64,000 nt of DNA from Blastocystis sp. Blastoise (lineage: Eukaryota > Protista > Bigyra: Opalinata), in contig JBBPEB010000007.1 in NCBI GenBank assembly GCA_039096225.1, forward strand, positions 372,001 through 436,000. The letters are read 5' to 3'. How positions within the stretch are numbered: the stretch's first letter is position 1; each line of letters opens with the position of its first letter. The translations under genes were made by a program, and so were the position numbers. This document shows, piece after piece, positions 52,401 through 63,421 of the stretch. The notes below the pieces were generated by a model. That model was not told the origin of the DNA and ran no database searches. It saw nothing but the letters and a program-made list of their open reading frames with translations.

Positions 52401-55018
52401 TAATATTCATAGTATTATTTACTAAATCCTTATGGATAGATTCCTTTTGCTGATTAATATTATTTGTATTAGAATCGATAGTATTCAAAGTAGAAGGAAT
52501 ACTATTAATATCTATATCTAATTCCATATCTATATTTTCTATAGAACTATTAGGAGACAATTGAGTATTATTTATAGAAGGAGAAGATATAATAGTATTG
52601 TTTATTATATTGGTATTTATTTGATCTATATTCATAGAAGAAGATAAGTTTGTTGAATCTATATTAGAAGGAGATTCTATAGATATAGGAGATTCTATAG
52701 TAGAAGAAATATTGACTGTAATAGGAGATTCTATAGATATAGAAGATTCTATTATAGTATGATCATCTGGATTTATAGTAGTATTCATGATAATAGGAGT
52801 ATCAATATTATTTGTAGTATTTGTAGAAGAAGAAGAAATATGTATAGGAATAGAATTAGAATTAATTATAGAATTTGAGATAGAAGGAATAGTAGGTTCA
52901 ATAGTAGTTATAGAATCAGAAGGAACAGGAGATAAAAAGGTACCCATATTAGTATGTGTATTATCCTCAATTTCATTTTGTATATAGTTATTTGTTGTAT
53001 CACTTGGAGTTATTCTTTCTTGTATAGGGATTTCATTTTGTTTCGCTACTTCATTTATTGGAGCACTAGAATTTCTATGTTTATTTGAATAAATATTTCT
53101 GAGAGTTCGTAGTAAGTAGAACAGTGTATTCACACTTGACTGAGGGAATAACATGGAGAATGCTTTTTGGCGGGTAATTCTTTTTTGAATTCTAGGCCTA
53201 TTTTTTCTTTTCTCGTAGATAAACATTAAAGTGAAGTGATTTATAAATTCCTTTAAGGATTCTATATTATTCCATTTCTTTCCATTTTTATGTTTTTTTA
53301 TTGTGTTATAACCAATTAGAAATTCAGGTTTTGCCGGGAAAAGCCAATTAAATTTAGTAGGAAAATCTTTAGGAGGAGAAGTAATAGTATATATATTAGT
53401 AGGAAAAGAAAGAATAAATTCATTATTTTCAATAGTATTTAGTATAGTTTCATTTGTAGGAATCTCATTTTCATCTATTATATCATTAGGAGTAAGTATA
53501 GGTATTTCTATATTAGAATCAGAATTCGTATATATATCTTGATCCTCTTGTTCGGTATTATTTAAATTGATAGAAATAGGTTCATCTTCAGAGGATAAAA
53601 GGGAGGTAGTTTGTATAGAAGGATGAATAATTTCATTTCCAATAGGAGTATTATTTGTAATTGTAGCAGTATCTATTATAGTAGTATTTGAAGATGTAGA
53701 TAAAGAAGGAGATAGTTCTAGTGTAGGATTTCTTGCCCAAGAAGGAGGATTCGTATCATTTGGGAATATTCTATTGTGTAGTAATTGACTAAGTGTAGGA
53801 GTAGGAGGAGAATCAGAAGATTCAGGAGAATTTATAGCATCAGGAGAGTTTATAGAATCAGAAGAATCCATAGAAAAAGAAGAATCCATAGGAGCAGAAG
53901 AATCAAGAGCATTAGAAGAAACCATAGAAGCAGAAGAATAAATAGAATTAGTAGAATCAACAAAAGCAGAAGAATCAATAGCATTAGAAGAATTCATTAA
54001 ATTAGTAGATTCAGAAGTATTTAAAACAGTAGAATTAGATTGTGTAATGTTAACAGTAGGAATATTTTCATGAGTAGAAATAATAGATAAATTAGTAGAT
54101 TCGTTAGTAGAATTGTTCAACAGGGATTCTTTTGTAGAGGACACATTTTCAGGAGTAGATAACGCATTAGAAGAAATAATAGTAGTAGAATTTTCATTAA
54201 GAGTGTTTGTAGCCACCGAAATAACCATAGGTACATCATTTTGTTGATTTAGAGTCGTATTTTGTGTAGGAAGTCCAAGATTGGTAGTAGATTTTTGAGT
54301 AGATTTCACGTTTTGTTTAGGATCATCATAATCAATCCAAATGTTTACATTAGTAGACCAAGACTTAGCAAAGGCATCAGAAGACCAACCAGTAGAAGAC
54401 CAAGATTCATCTTTCTTTTCAGAAGTATTTTCAGTAGAAGGTTTCAAAGGTTCAGAATTCACTTGTAGAGAAGAGTCAAGAGGAGGGTTCAAAGGAGTAT
54501 CCACTCTTTTTCGAATAGACTTGTATTGTGTAGATATCGGAGACATAATTCGTTTCTTAGCCGAGGAAGTAGTATCTACGTAGAGGGTATCACTTTCAGA
54601 AAGTACCCAGTTAGAAGAATTGTTTGTAGTTGTAGTAGTTGAACCAGTAAGAGATAAGTCTATTAATTCTTTAGTATTTAAAGAATAATCTTGTTTATTT
54701 TGAGGATCTATTTTAGTAGTAGTAGAATCACGGGAGAACTCGGAGTTTTGTGGGATTTCAAATCCGGAAAAAACCAATTTTGATCTTGGATCACCATTTT
54801 CATCATAATTTTTTTGTTTTTCGTTTTTCTCATCTTCCACAGATTTAATTCGTTTCTCGTTTATCTGTAAACTGTTCTCATCGCTAGGGCTAGGAGCAGA
54901 AGAAGACGCCAGGTTCGTAGACCCAGATTTATCTCTGATCTTCAGATCAACTTGGAGTTTTGACTCCGGAACTTCACCGTTGTTACTAAAATGGATTGCT
55001 GATTGCATGAGGATATAA
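46471..55018 (-). mobile_element. Non-LTR retrotransposon copy B (same family), full length ~8.55 kb
   Basis: Same 3' terminus (...CTAACACTT joined to GGGGTTCG), same 3' UTR, single intact ORF. Starts directly downstream of the intact tRNA-Lys. Confidence 0.95.
47302..55008 (-). CDS. Retrotransposon polyprotein B, 2568 aa (RT + CCHC + restriction-like endonuclease)
   Basis: Likely start MQSAI at 55008. Same RT, CCHC and RLE motifs as copy A, with only about a dozen mostly conservative substitutions across RT-EN. Confidence 0.95.
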   Translation of the reverse strand: MQSAIHFSNNGEVPESKLQVDLKIRDKSGSTNLASSSAPSPSDENSLQINEKRIKSVEDEKNEKQKNYDENGDPRSKLVFSGFEIPQNSEFSRDSTTTKIDPQNKQDYSLNTKELIDLSLTGSTTTTTNNSSNWVLSESDTLYVDTTSSAKKRIMSPISTQYKSIRKRVDTPLNPPLDSSLQVNSEPLKPSTENTSEKKDESWSSTGWSSDAFAKSWSTNVNIWIDYDDPKQNVKSTQKSTTNLGLPTQNTTLNQQNDVPMVISVATNTLNENSTTIISSNALSTPENVSSTKESLLNNSTNESTNLSIISTHENIPTVNITQSNSTVLNTSESTNLMNSSNAIDSSAFVDSTNSIYSSASMVSSNALDSSAPMDSSFSMDSSDSINSPDAINSPESSDSPPTPTLSQLLHNRIFPNDTNPPSWARNPTLELSPSLSTSSNTTIIDTATITNNTPIGNEIIHPSIQTTSLLSSEDEPISINLNNTEQEDQDIYTNSDSNIEIPILTPNDIIDENEIPTNETILNTIENNEFILSFPTNIYTITSPPKDFPTKFNWLFPAKPEFLIGYNTIKKHKNGKKWNNIESLKEFINHFTLMFIYEKRKNRPRIQKRITRQKAFSMLFPQSSVNTLFYLLRTLRNIYSNKHRNSSAPINEVAKQNEIPIQERITPSDTTNNYIQNEIEDNTHTNMGTFLSPVPSDSITTIEPTIPSISNSIINSNSIPIHISSSSTNTTNNIDTPIIMNTTINPDDHTIIESSISIESPITVNISSTIESPISIESPSNIDSTNLSSSMNIDQINTNIINNTIISSPSINNTQLSPNSSIENIDMELDIDINSIPSTLNTIDSNTNNINQQKESIHKDLVNNTMNITTNKEITTSITNEEENTQNKRNTINLDETNTQMNNTTTIQNRNEYYDVSSDESIINISSTSTSTTTSPMNSPIPLENHISLSNIDFNFTPLNSTQKDINGSKKTTTETTTTIETTTTPLPINTNEILNNNNTIDIDIDIDQNMSNSETNTPMNTMEIQEEIASTTMNTNNDTMMDIESSNTQENTSTNNSTQKNKKNSTQKGNRNKNTKNKSKYDDYIKAPRIPNTEDLLSTYSPINIQKTIQFSKTIKVDNTPKRRLSSMAIHKLGNWKSFIRFNKFIEDKLIPLVTPFPNSSDESNTIQMNNEMINSFNNICDYIQNELYNWIYNNSIPTYRSWHDNNLNNNSSIKKYNTIYRKNNSYSPSQRNNYNDKNSSNKYSYAGKNRNSNSYRSNNQYRNLKKTYTRKNNQYRKKYMDMHDISQNNRGYGQNQNYTGSSPNNLQNTTNNTDAMNTHDISQNNHGNTQNRYDTQNIPGNNHDYNQHRYNRRKNNYNHPINNYSNKNKYKKNKKYKNYMDLSPSTTTTTNRSTTINGTTPSTDTTSPSTASPPTTSPPPTTTTPTNNTNTIHMNNNFKQTNDDFFDNNPFRKSTDNEIEALKKYYNNLKSNLDTLKYDLNHTILPNIPETESYTISSTLSESILNWKNKLQSITLFDEDEELKINILNILQKDNENNNTPLLTLEQWKEILNLIMNEIESCLWNINQLKEAKIRITSINDAKKIQSEFDKNTKAFLRSKVFSKTTPRYCEIPSKDLQEQFTKLYDSQETSDNILLPDIIKSNTKQLLNPPALNKITYERIRHALKFLPNNSTPGPNGLPYEVYKYSSSACSLLAYILEICRSNGITLKSWSSSITCLLDKNKSDPSSLGNWRPLALQNTESKILSSIMVTYMNELNNKQNFMSKYQKGFISGIPGCEELNFILQNYIANFKLSRRAKTAAYFTFLDLEKAYDTVPQRLMHQILQYMNFPIDFRNIILSLYSSANTVIRLTKNSYTDPIYLKRGIRQGDPLSPLLFNIILNPLLNYLNNNQAMMMNIKDNTTPNNPIVISESNAYAYADDIVLLANNKEDTEVLLGKVKEILNIYHMKLSVNKCKCLAMKYSNDGNRKLTYTPPPPTYNNEVITLLKDTEIQRYLGCPMGESITKRREFWVNTLDEIKEKINSLNTIPISPHQKLITLRQYIIPCIEFLARNGDTNILKIKELDVLIRNNVKNWNGCSSVWPKDFYSTSIRDGGLGVTSLLDRYYIGKASLLVRMANSNDINIRNTLYYALRYTTLQNSLYVINDPINYMRGHIPTEIPETRKKDLVFFNLSINNINKPLKAKKENNTIIPLDIDFTTLNHPFPYIRKAIDAIVALNMDICYYENNPKNGAGIRIRSTDNSISKFIEAKDVKRKMCKLLNESLKIRHASMLKEYSYLQYTKYLNNNISCNKWIYKTKHINPSKYCALLNLRMRTLYTGEMAYRRQDPKGKKPTLHDTVALCPYCLKTKNESRIHSQTHIMTTCARISRNENGHDLISKRHNEIRECLTRSLAKALPYTIYKVNQEKSMNTILYDGKNKEEWANRRPDIIITSEKEIRMVEIGVTYEQVDGTRDTILEMKHTKDHSYDEAIQKLQHDFPNKQISYYTVILGASGTIPESTIHNISQVSKLKGRYLYFLISKINDIVLEWAYKYWRLSLSDSRLITKNISRLHSSAAHIELTQRNIE

Positions 55019-55037
55019 AAAAAATGTAAAAAAGAAA
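55019..55037 (-). terminator. Pol III T-rich terminator of tRNA-Lys
   Basis: TTTCTTTTTTACATTTTTT immediately after the discriminator base. Confidence 0.7.
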
Positions 55038-55109
55038 CGCCTGATAGGGGGATCGAACCCCTGACCACTGGATTAAAAGTCAAGCGCTCTACCGCTGAGC
55101 TAACCAGGC
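55038..55109 (-). tRNA. tRNA-Lys(UUU), intronless, 72 nt
   Basis: GCCTGGT TA GCTC AGCGGTA GAGC G CTTGA CT TTT AA TCCAG TGGTC AGGGG TTCGATC CCCCT ATCAGGC G forms a full cloverleaf with A and B boxes. Anticodon TTT at 55075-55077. Confidence 0.95.
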
Positions 55110-55954
55110 TCCTTGAAATGTTAAGAATTACGTTACTCCTTGAGAATATCTTTAAAGAAATATTTTTTCCAATTCTTTTTTGAAACTAAATATTATATGA
55201 ATAGTTAAATGGTGATTATAAAATTATAAAATAAAGTTCTTATAATTGAAAGAATGTAAAATAAATCTGAAAATGAAAAGAAATATACGTCGAAAAATAA
55301 TTGAACGTCTTAGTCATACAGATATATGTTCATTATTGTTTTCAGCATTATTATATTTATTTCAGATTATTATTTCGTCAACTAGAAAGAAATGGAATTG
55401 ATACTCAAACAAAAGTAGCATTAAATCTTATTGATTTTATGATTTTGTATCTTCTATAATCAATGTACATCTCAGAATCACATTATTTCTGATGATAAGA
55501 CAATTTTGTGAGCATCCGAAGAAATAAAAGAATTATTTAATATCAATCAGAGATATATTCAATGAAAAAAACACGATATATTTCACAGAAACGAATTTTT
55601 TAGAATTAAAATCACAATATATATATATAGATCTTTAAAAAAAAATATGTATATTTTTTTACTAATTAATTTTTTAATAATTTCAAAAAAAAACTAAACT
55701 TTTTATAAAACTACGATATGAACTAATTGAATCAAAAGGAGTACTAACGAAATATATAATATGACAAAGACAAAAAAAGAAAAGAAATAAAGAACAATAA
55801 TATTCACAAAATAGATATATATGAATATATATATATATAGATATCTATGAAATTTAAATTATATAAATAAAAGATAAACAAGTAAATATATATAAATAAT
55901 AAATATATTTAAACAAATAATAAAAATTTTATTCAATATTAAATATACAAAAAA

Positions 55955-58900
55955 CTAAAAAGAATAAGTAATATTATCTTGAAATGAATAGTTAATTGAT
56001 TTTAAAGAATCCCCAGGGGACACTAATGGCGGGAATGGATGTCCTTTCTTACAATTATATCTATATATAATAATAAATATATTTATAAGAGAGAAAATAT
56101 AAAATAGAATAAATTTATATATATATATTATTTAAGAGAAAAAAAATATAAAATAAAATATATAAATAAATATATATATTTACAGATATTCTTCATAGAT
56201 TAAAAGTAAGTCAGCTAAAGAATGGATATAATAATTTAATTCATTTTCTTTAATAGGAGGCAAATCTATATATAGAGTGATTTATATATTATTATTGTAG
56301 AATAAAATAAATAATTATAATAATAATAATAAAATAATAATAATAATAATTGAATAATAAAAAAATAATAATAATAATTGAATAATAATAATAATAATAA
56401 TAATTGAATAATAAAATAATAACATAAAAAATACAATAAAAATAATCATTTATATTTTGAATCATATCATTTTTATATGTATCTTCAATTTTAGTGGAGA
56501 ACATAAGAAGAGAAGCTCTTTTTAAGTTTTTTAAATATGATAAATAATCACGGGATTGAGAACCTGCTTTTTTAAGTAATTTATATTCTTTATAAAAAGA
56601 GAATTCTTTTAATTGTGTTAATGTAGGAATAGAAAGTGATTTATAACGATCATTGACATAACGAAGGTAAAAATATTCAATTACTGTGAACTATAAAGCA
56701 TACAATAATTATATAATTATCAAAATATAAAAATTATTTATATATATATATATATTTATTTATAAATATATATATAACAAATTTAAAAAAAATTATCAAT
56801 ATATATATATACTCTTTCTATAATAGACTTTGTAGCTAATTGTAATAACATAACTAAATTCTCATTTTTTTCTTTATCTACACTCTCAGGCTATATAATA
56901 ATATATATAGTAATTGTAGAAATAATAATAATTTAAAAAAAAAATAAAATATTAATAATTTATAGAAAATGAAATATATAACAATTATATATATATATAT
57001 ATTATATATATACATCTTGGAGATTAAGTTTATCATGAATAGATGGAGTAGTACTTGCATTTGTTAGAGGATTTTCACTATAACTATATATATATATAAA
57101 TCATAATAGAATAGCAAACATGACATATTCATTATAAACATTTATAAAAAAAAAAACATTAAAAAGAAAAATAAAACAAGAAATATTCTTATGAACAAAA
57201 TGTATATATATAAAACAAAAATAAAAGAAAATAGAAAAAAAAAAAATTATAAAAAATATATATACAATGAATCATTATTAATAGCAACAAAAGAATCATT
57301 GATAGCACTTAATACAGATATATTACTTAAACTACTTGGCCATTGCTGAATGTTCCCGCGGTTATATGCGTTTTCTAAGGGACTATTTGCATTTATAGAT
57401 GTTTTACGTTTTAATTTCTTTGAAGAATTTGTTTCTGAATCAATATTTAAGCCAATTTCAGGCATATCAATTGGACTATCTTGATTTGTATAATTCACAT
57501 GAGATCCCATCATAATTCCAGAATCCCCACGGTTATAATTATATCTCATATGATTTATTATACAGTTATTAATCATCTTTATAGATTGATCTGTATTTGA
57601 TTTTTCTTTATATAATTTATATAATTGATTAATATATGAACTACCTAAAACTTTAAATAAAACTCTATATGTATTTATACGTATATTAACATTATAATGA
57701 GTAAGAAGAAAGGGAAGATTCGATAATAAATGAGAAAGAAGGATATTTTGATATGATATATCTTTATAATCCATAAATATATCAAATAAAGATAAGGATA
57801 AAAGTACTAACTATATATATATATAATTGTGTTAAGGAAGAGATAAAGAAATGTGAAATAAAAGTAATGAAGAATAGAAATAAATACGATAATTGTTATA
57901 AATAATATAATTATTATTATTATAATTGTTATAAATATTATAAATATAATTAATATTATAAATATTATACATATAACTAATATTATAAAATCTATAAGAT
58001 ACTTGTATATTATTACTATTAATATTTGCATATAAGAAATCTTTCATCCAAGGACATATTTCAGCTTGTATATATGTAATATTCTTATTAAATCGTTCAT
58101 CTATATATATTACTTTTCCTGTTTCTTTATTTTTCATATAATAATCTAATGAATAAAGTTGTCTTGCAAGGAATATTGTGGGTAATTCAGACTCTGGAGA
58201 TAGGGGAGAAGAAGACGTTGAAGGCGAAGAAGCAGAACCTTAAAATTAATAAAAAAAGATATAGAATAACAAATATATAGTAAAAACAAATAAAAAAAAA
58301 TGAAAGAAAAAGAGAATAATTGTTTTTAAGATTTTATAATAATAATAATAAAACACAACTAATATAATAATAATAATAAATTATACTCAGTGAATATAAT
58401 AATAATAATAAATTATCTGCAATGAATAAAATAATAATAATAGAGATATACCATTTGTTGAGAAACTATCTATAGATACAGAACAAGAATTTGGTGAATT
58501 CATAATATGATTATTCTTTATTGATTGATCATGAATAGTATTCCCAGTATATCCATTATTTGCACATGTCTGAGGATCACAAGTGACAGAATCATCATAA
58601 GAATATCCTGCATTCCCATGAGAATCTTGGTTTTCAGGGGAAATACAACCATTTGAGTTTTGATATGATGCATTCCCTTGGGAATTCAGATAAGACTCTA
58701 ATAGAATATTCTCTTTTTGATCAGTTTTAAAACATTGCATGGGACACTATATATAAACATATACATACTTATTTTTGAATAAAAAGTATATATAAATATG
58801 AATAAAATATAAATATGAATAATCTTAAATATTTTCTTTTATTATATATATATTATAATATTTTTTTAATGTATATATACAGAAAGATTATATATAAGTG

Positions 58901-60043
58901 GATAGAAGAGTTGATACGAAAGTGATAAAAATCGTTGAATAGATAAACTATATAAGTCCTATATATATTATGTTTATTATTATTATTATACTTATTATTA
59001 TATATATATAGAAGATATAAAGAGATTCTATAATTATATACAGGAACAGTATTCATTTCAGATATCATCAGCTGGACTTGAGACGGCTGAATATATTTAA
59101 GATAAAACATTGGCTATATATAGAAATATATAAATATAATATATATTTTCTTGAAAGAAATAACTAATAAAAGTATACTTTAACTAATAAAACTATAGTA
59201 TAAATAACTAATAAAATTATACTATAACTAATAAAACTATACTATAAATAACTAAATAAAATACTTTAACAACCGCGGGAATACAAATTTCTTTTAAAAG
59301 AATTCTCGTTAAATCAGTTGATAAATATAAATTTTTATATATATCCATATAAATAGGTGTTGCTGTTAATATATTTGTTTCTATAATAGATCTCTTTAAT
59401 AATAACACTATACATCTATATAAATAGGATATATATTAATGAATATGAAATAATAAAGTTATATGTATATTGTAATATTATATATATTAATGAATATGAA
59501 AAATATAATAAGTGAATAAAATAATATATATTTAAATATATACTTAAAAAAAGGTAATTGTCTAAATATAGGAGAAGATGGATAAGAGACTACATAAGCC
59601 TGTTTAATCCATTCAATTCTATATATATATATATATATAATGGATATTATATTTAAAAAAATATTAGTATAAATAAGGAGATATCTTATTATATTTTTAT
59701 AAGAATTAAGAATTTGATTATTATATATATAATATATATATAATGGATACTATATTTAAAAAAATATATATAATAATATTCAAGAATATAATATAATATA
59801 TATACATAACAACATAAAGGAGATCATGTATTTCTACAATACAATCGACAAGAATAGGATAGGATTGAATTATTTCTGCGATTTTTGTCTCAAAATCACG
59901 ATTATCCGACAAATTATAAGCTTTCTAAAAAATATTCATAATGAAAATATTTACGAATATATGTATATGTATGAATATATATATATACATCAATTAAAAT
60001 CGTTAATGCTTTTTTAGAAAACACCTCAGTATCCTATAATTAA

Positions 60044-60082
<39 letters not shown>

Positions 60083-60389
60083 CAGTAATAACCATGTTAA
60101 GATGTGATACCGTTAGAAGTGATGGCTATATATATATATATATTTATAAATAGATATATATATATATATACAGTATCACCATTAGATTCTTCACTTTCAT
60201 TTATTGACTCTGAAAATAAGATTGAATGCTATATATGTATATATTTATAATTTATATATATATATATATACTTCCTGTTTTCTAATCTTAGATGATCTTT
60301 CATCTATAAATATATGTATATAGTATTATACATATATAATAATAATAATAATACCTTTTGTTACTTTTCCATCAATAATAATTGTCTAT

Positions 60390-60425
<36 letters not shown>

Positions 60426-60784
60426 TACTTGTTCTTCGTACATTCCTTCAATACGATTGGTTACTTCTGTTTGTATATATTCATTAAAATAAGGAACTCG
60501 ATATAATAACGATACATATAACATTCCTAACATTTTCATCTATATTATATAATACATATATATATATAATACATATATATATTATATTTAGATACATCTT
60601 CAACATTTTCATTTTGAGCCATTTCAGCAGTAAGTTTAATTAGATATATATACATATTTAATACTTCTTGTATTAATGAGACTGAAATATCCTTAAAAAT
60701 ATCAAGCGATTTATATAAATAATTAAATTCGAAATGCTGCAGAATTACAGTGAATATCTATAATAATAAACATAATAAACATAT

Positions 60785-60865
<81 letters not shown>

Positions 60866-60871
60866 TCTCAG

Positions 60872-60913
<42 letters not shown>

Positions 60914-60926
60914 TCTCAGATAATAA

Positions 60927-60958
<32 letters not shown>

Positions 60959-63421
60959 TATAATATACCTTAATACATAGATGTCGAAGTATTTCATATT
61001 CTTTATATCGTTCCATACTTTCTTTAATATAATAAAATATTTTCATAAACATAGAAATTGCTTGTTGTAAAGATAATTCCATAGTACATTTATTATATAA
61101 TAATTCTTTTAATACATCCAATATGATTGGATAAATACATGATAAATCAGGAGACCTTGTGATTTCATTGGTTGATATAATTTGACTTAAACGCTTTATT
61201 AACGACTCATAACATTTATAATGAGGATGTTTAAATGGACTATTATTACTATATATATACAGTAGTAACAGTAATAATAATAATAACATTACTATTATAT
61301 ATGTTATGTAAAATGAATTCATATATATAAATATAATATATATATAATATATATAGATTAAGAATTAAATACAATATATATATATATACCCCACCATACT
61401 AGATATTTGTCTATATATAGTAGTAGTATCATATAATTTCTTATCACGATATAAATATGTATATGCTTGACGAATAATCTTATAATGATCAAAATATAGG
61501 CAAATATGCACTGTTCCCACGGGACGCCCGTCATCAACGGCATTACAATATACATGAATAGGAGATTTACAACTACATGCACATTGTTTATCAGAACTAT
61601 ATAATTGATATATAATTGATTTATAACAGATATATAATTGATTTATAATAGATATATAATAGATAATAATTGATATAAAATTGATATATAATAGACATAT
61701 AATAGATAATAATTGATATATAATAAATATTATAATAGATATATAATATATATAATATAATATATACATATATGCAGTATCGACTGTAAAAGTAGCTAAT
61801 TTCATTTTTCGTTTTGCTTTAAATAAAATATTTCCTTCTAAACATCCCGATAATAAGGTTTGAATAGATGCTATTTAATAATAATATTAAATAATATTAA
61901 TAATAATAATAATTTAATAATAATATTAAATAATATTAATAATAATAATAATTTAATAATAATAATACAATAAACAAAACAACATATATATACTTCCATC
62001 TTTAAAAGGATATATAGCTTGAATATCTTCTTCATTATATATATATTTATAGAAATAGGATTGTGTATTATTAGGAGTATATCCATCTATAAATACAGAA
62101 GAAGAAGGAGATAGAGCAGAAGCAGTAGAAGTGTCTGTTAATATTAAACTCTCTATATATATTATATTTATTATATTTATTATATATATTATATATGTAT
62201 ACCTGATTTTTCATGTTTCACAATAGACTATATTTTAAAAAATATATGAATATATCATTTAAATATATATATAGATAAAAATATACATGTGTTTTCCATG
62301 TAGAAATTGGACAAAAATAATTAGCATGTGTTGTTGGACTAATAATATATATATATATATTTATGATTACAAAAGAAAAATATAATTTCATAAAAATATA
62401 TATATTTATTTACTAATGATATTTAAATAATATTCCCACGGGAACATTCTTTTGAAGACGAGATTTATCTTCAATATTAATAATTAAATTATTATCTAAT
62501 GTTGCTGATATAAACTTTAAATGAATTCCATAATTATAATATTGACGTAAAGTAATATGAAACATTAATCGAAATTTTCTATATAGATATATATATTATA
62601 TTTATTATTATTATTATTATACTATAAATTAATTAATTTATTATAAAAATAATACATAATAATATAATATACATATTATTATAAGATAATGTGAATTCAG
62701 TAACTGTAGGAAAAGATAGAAATTCCATTACCGAGCAAACAGTACTATCAAATATATAATTAAAGAAATCAATATAGTATTCATTATATATATATAAATA
62801 TAATAAAAATAAATAATAGGATATTAATTTGTTTATTGTCAAAGTATTCAATTTTGAAAATTCCTGTTTTTAATAATCGCTTTTGAATAATAATTCTATA
62901 AAGTGTATATATATATAATATATATAGATAATACATACATAAAAAAACATATATATATATATATATATTTAAAAAAACAAATATATACATTTAAAACATA
63001 TATAGATTTAAAATAAAAAATAATATTAATATAAATACGTTTTTTCTAATGGTTGTGGATATTCATATTTTGTTAGAGAAGTGGATGAGAAATTCTTTGT
63101 AACTAAATCAAACAGAGATGTAGGTTCACCTTTTTCTAGAAGAATAAATCTCAAGTTCATAAGTTAAGATATATATATAAAATTCTACAAATATATTATA
63201 TAACATTAATAATAATAAAAAAAGGATATTTTGCCTTTTATTGGATGATGTTCTAATGTAATATATTTAAATGAAACATTAATCTTCATAGAATCTTGAC
63301 CATTGAAGCAGGAATAGATATTGTTTGTACTCGTTGCTACATCACAATCATCAGGATCTAATGAATTCATAAAATTTAAAAAAATGAATCCTATACCGAA
63401 TTTTGAGCAACTTGCGCCCAT
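55955..63421 (-). CDS. Large multi-exon protein with N-terminal MGxxCS acylation motif; possibly a divergent DOCK-family GEF (C2-like N-terminal part, helical middle)
   Basis: ATG 63421 gives MGASCSKF, followed by numerous GT..AG-bounded exons. The C2-like stretch reads MKLATFTVDTA..GTVHICLYF. The C-terminal region YIQAEICPW..VMLLQLATKSI..FTVIEYFYLRYVND..SLADLLLIYEEY loosely follows DHR-2 layout. Stop TAG at 55955-55957. Confidence 0.4.

Noticed and set aside
37929-55061. LTR element or CRISPR-like direct-repeat array
   Set aside because: Repeats are 43 bp, tRNA-derived and 8.5 kb apart. There is no gag, protease or integrase, and the RT is non-LTR type with an RLE.
55480-55555. Possible C/D box snoRNA (TGATGA) upstream of the tRNA
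   Set aside because: No properly placed CTGA D box or convincing terminal stem.
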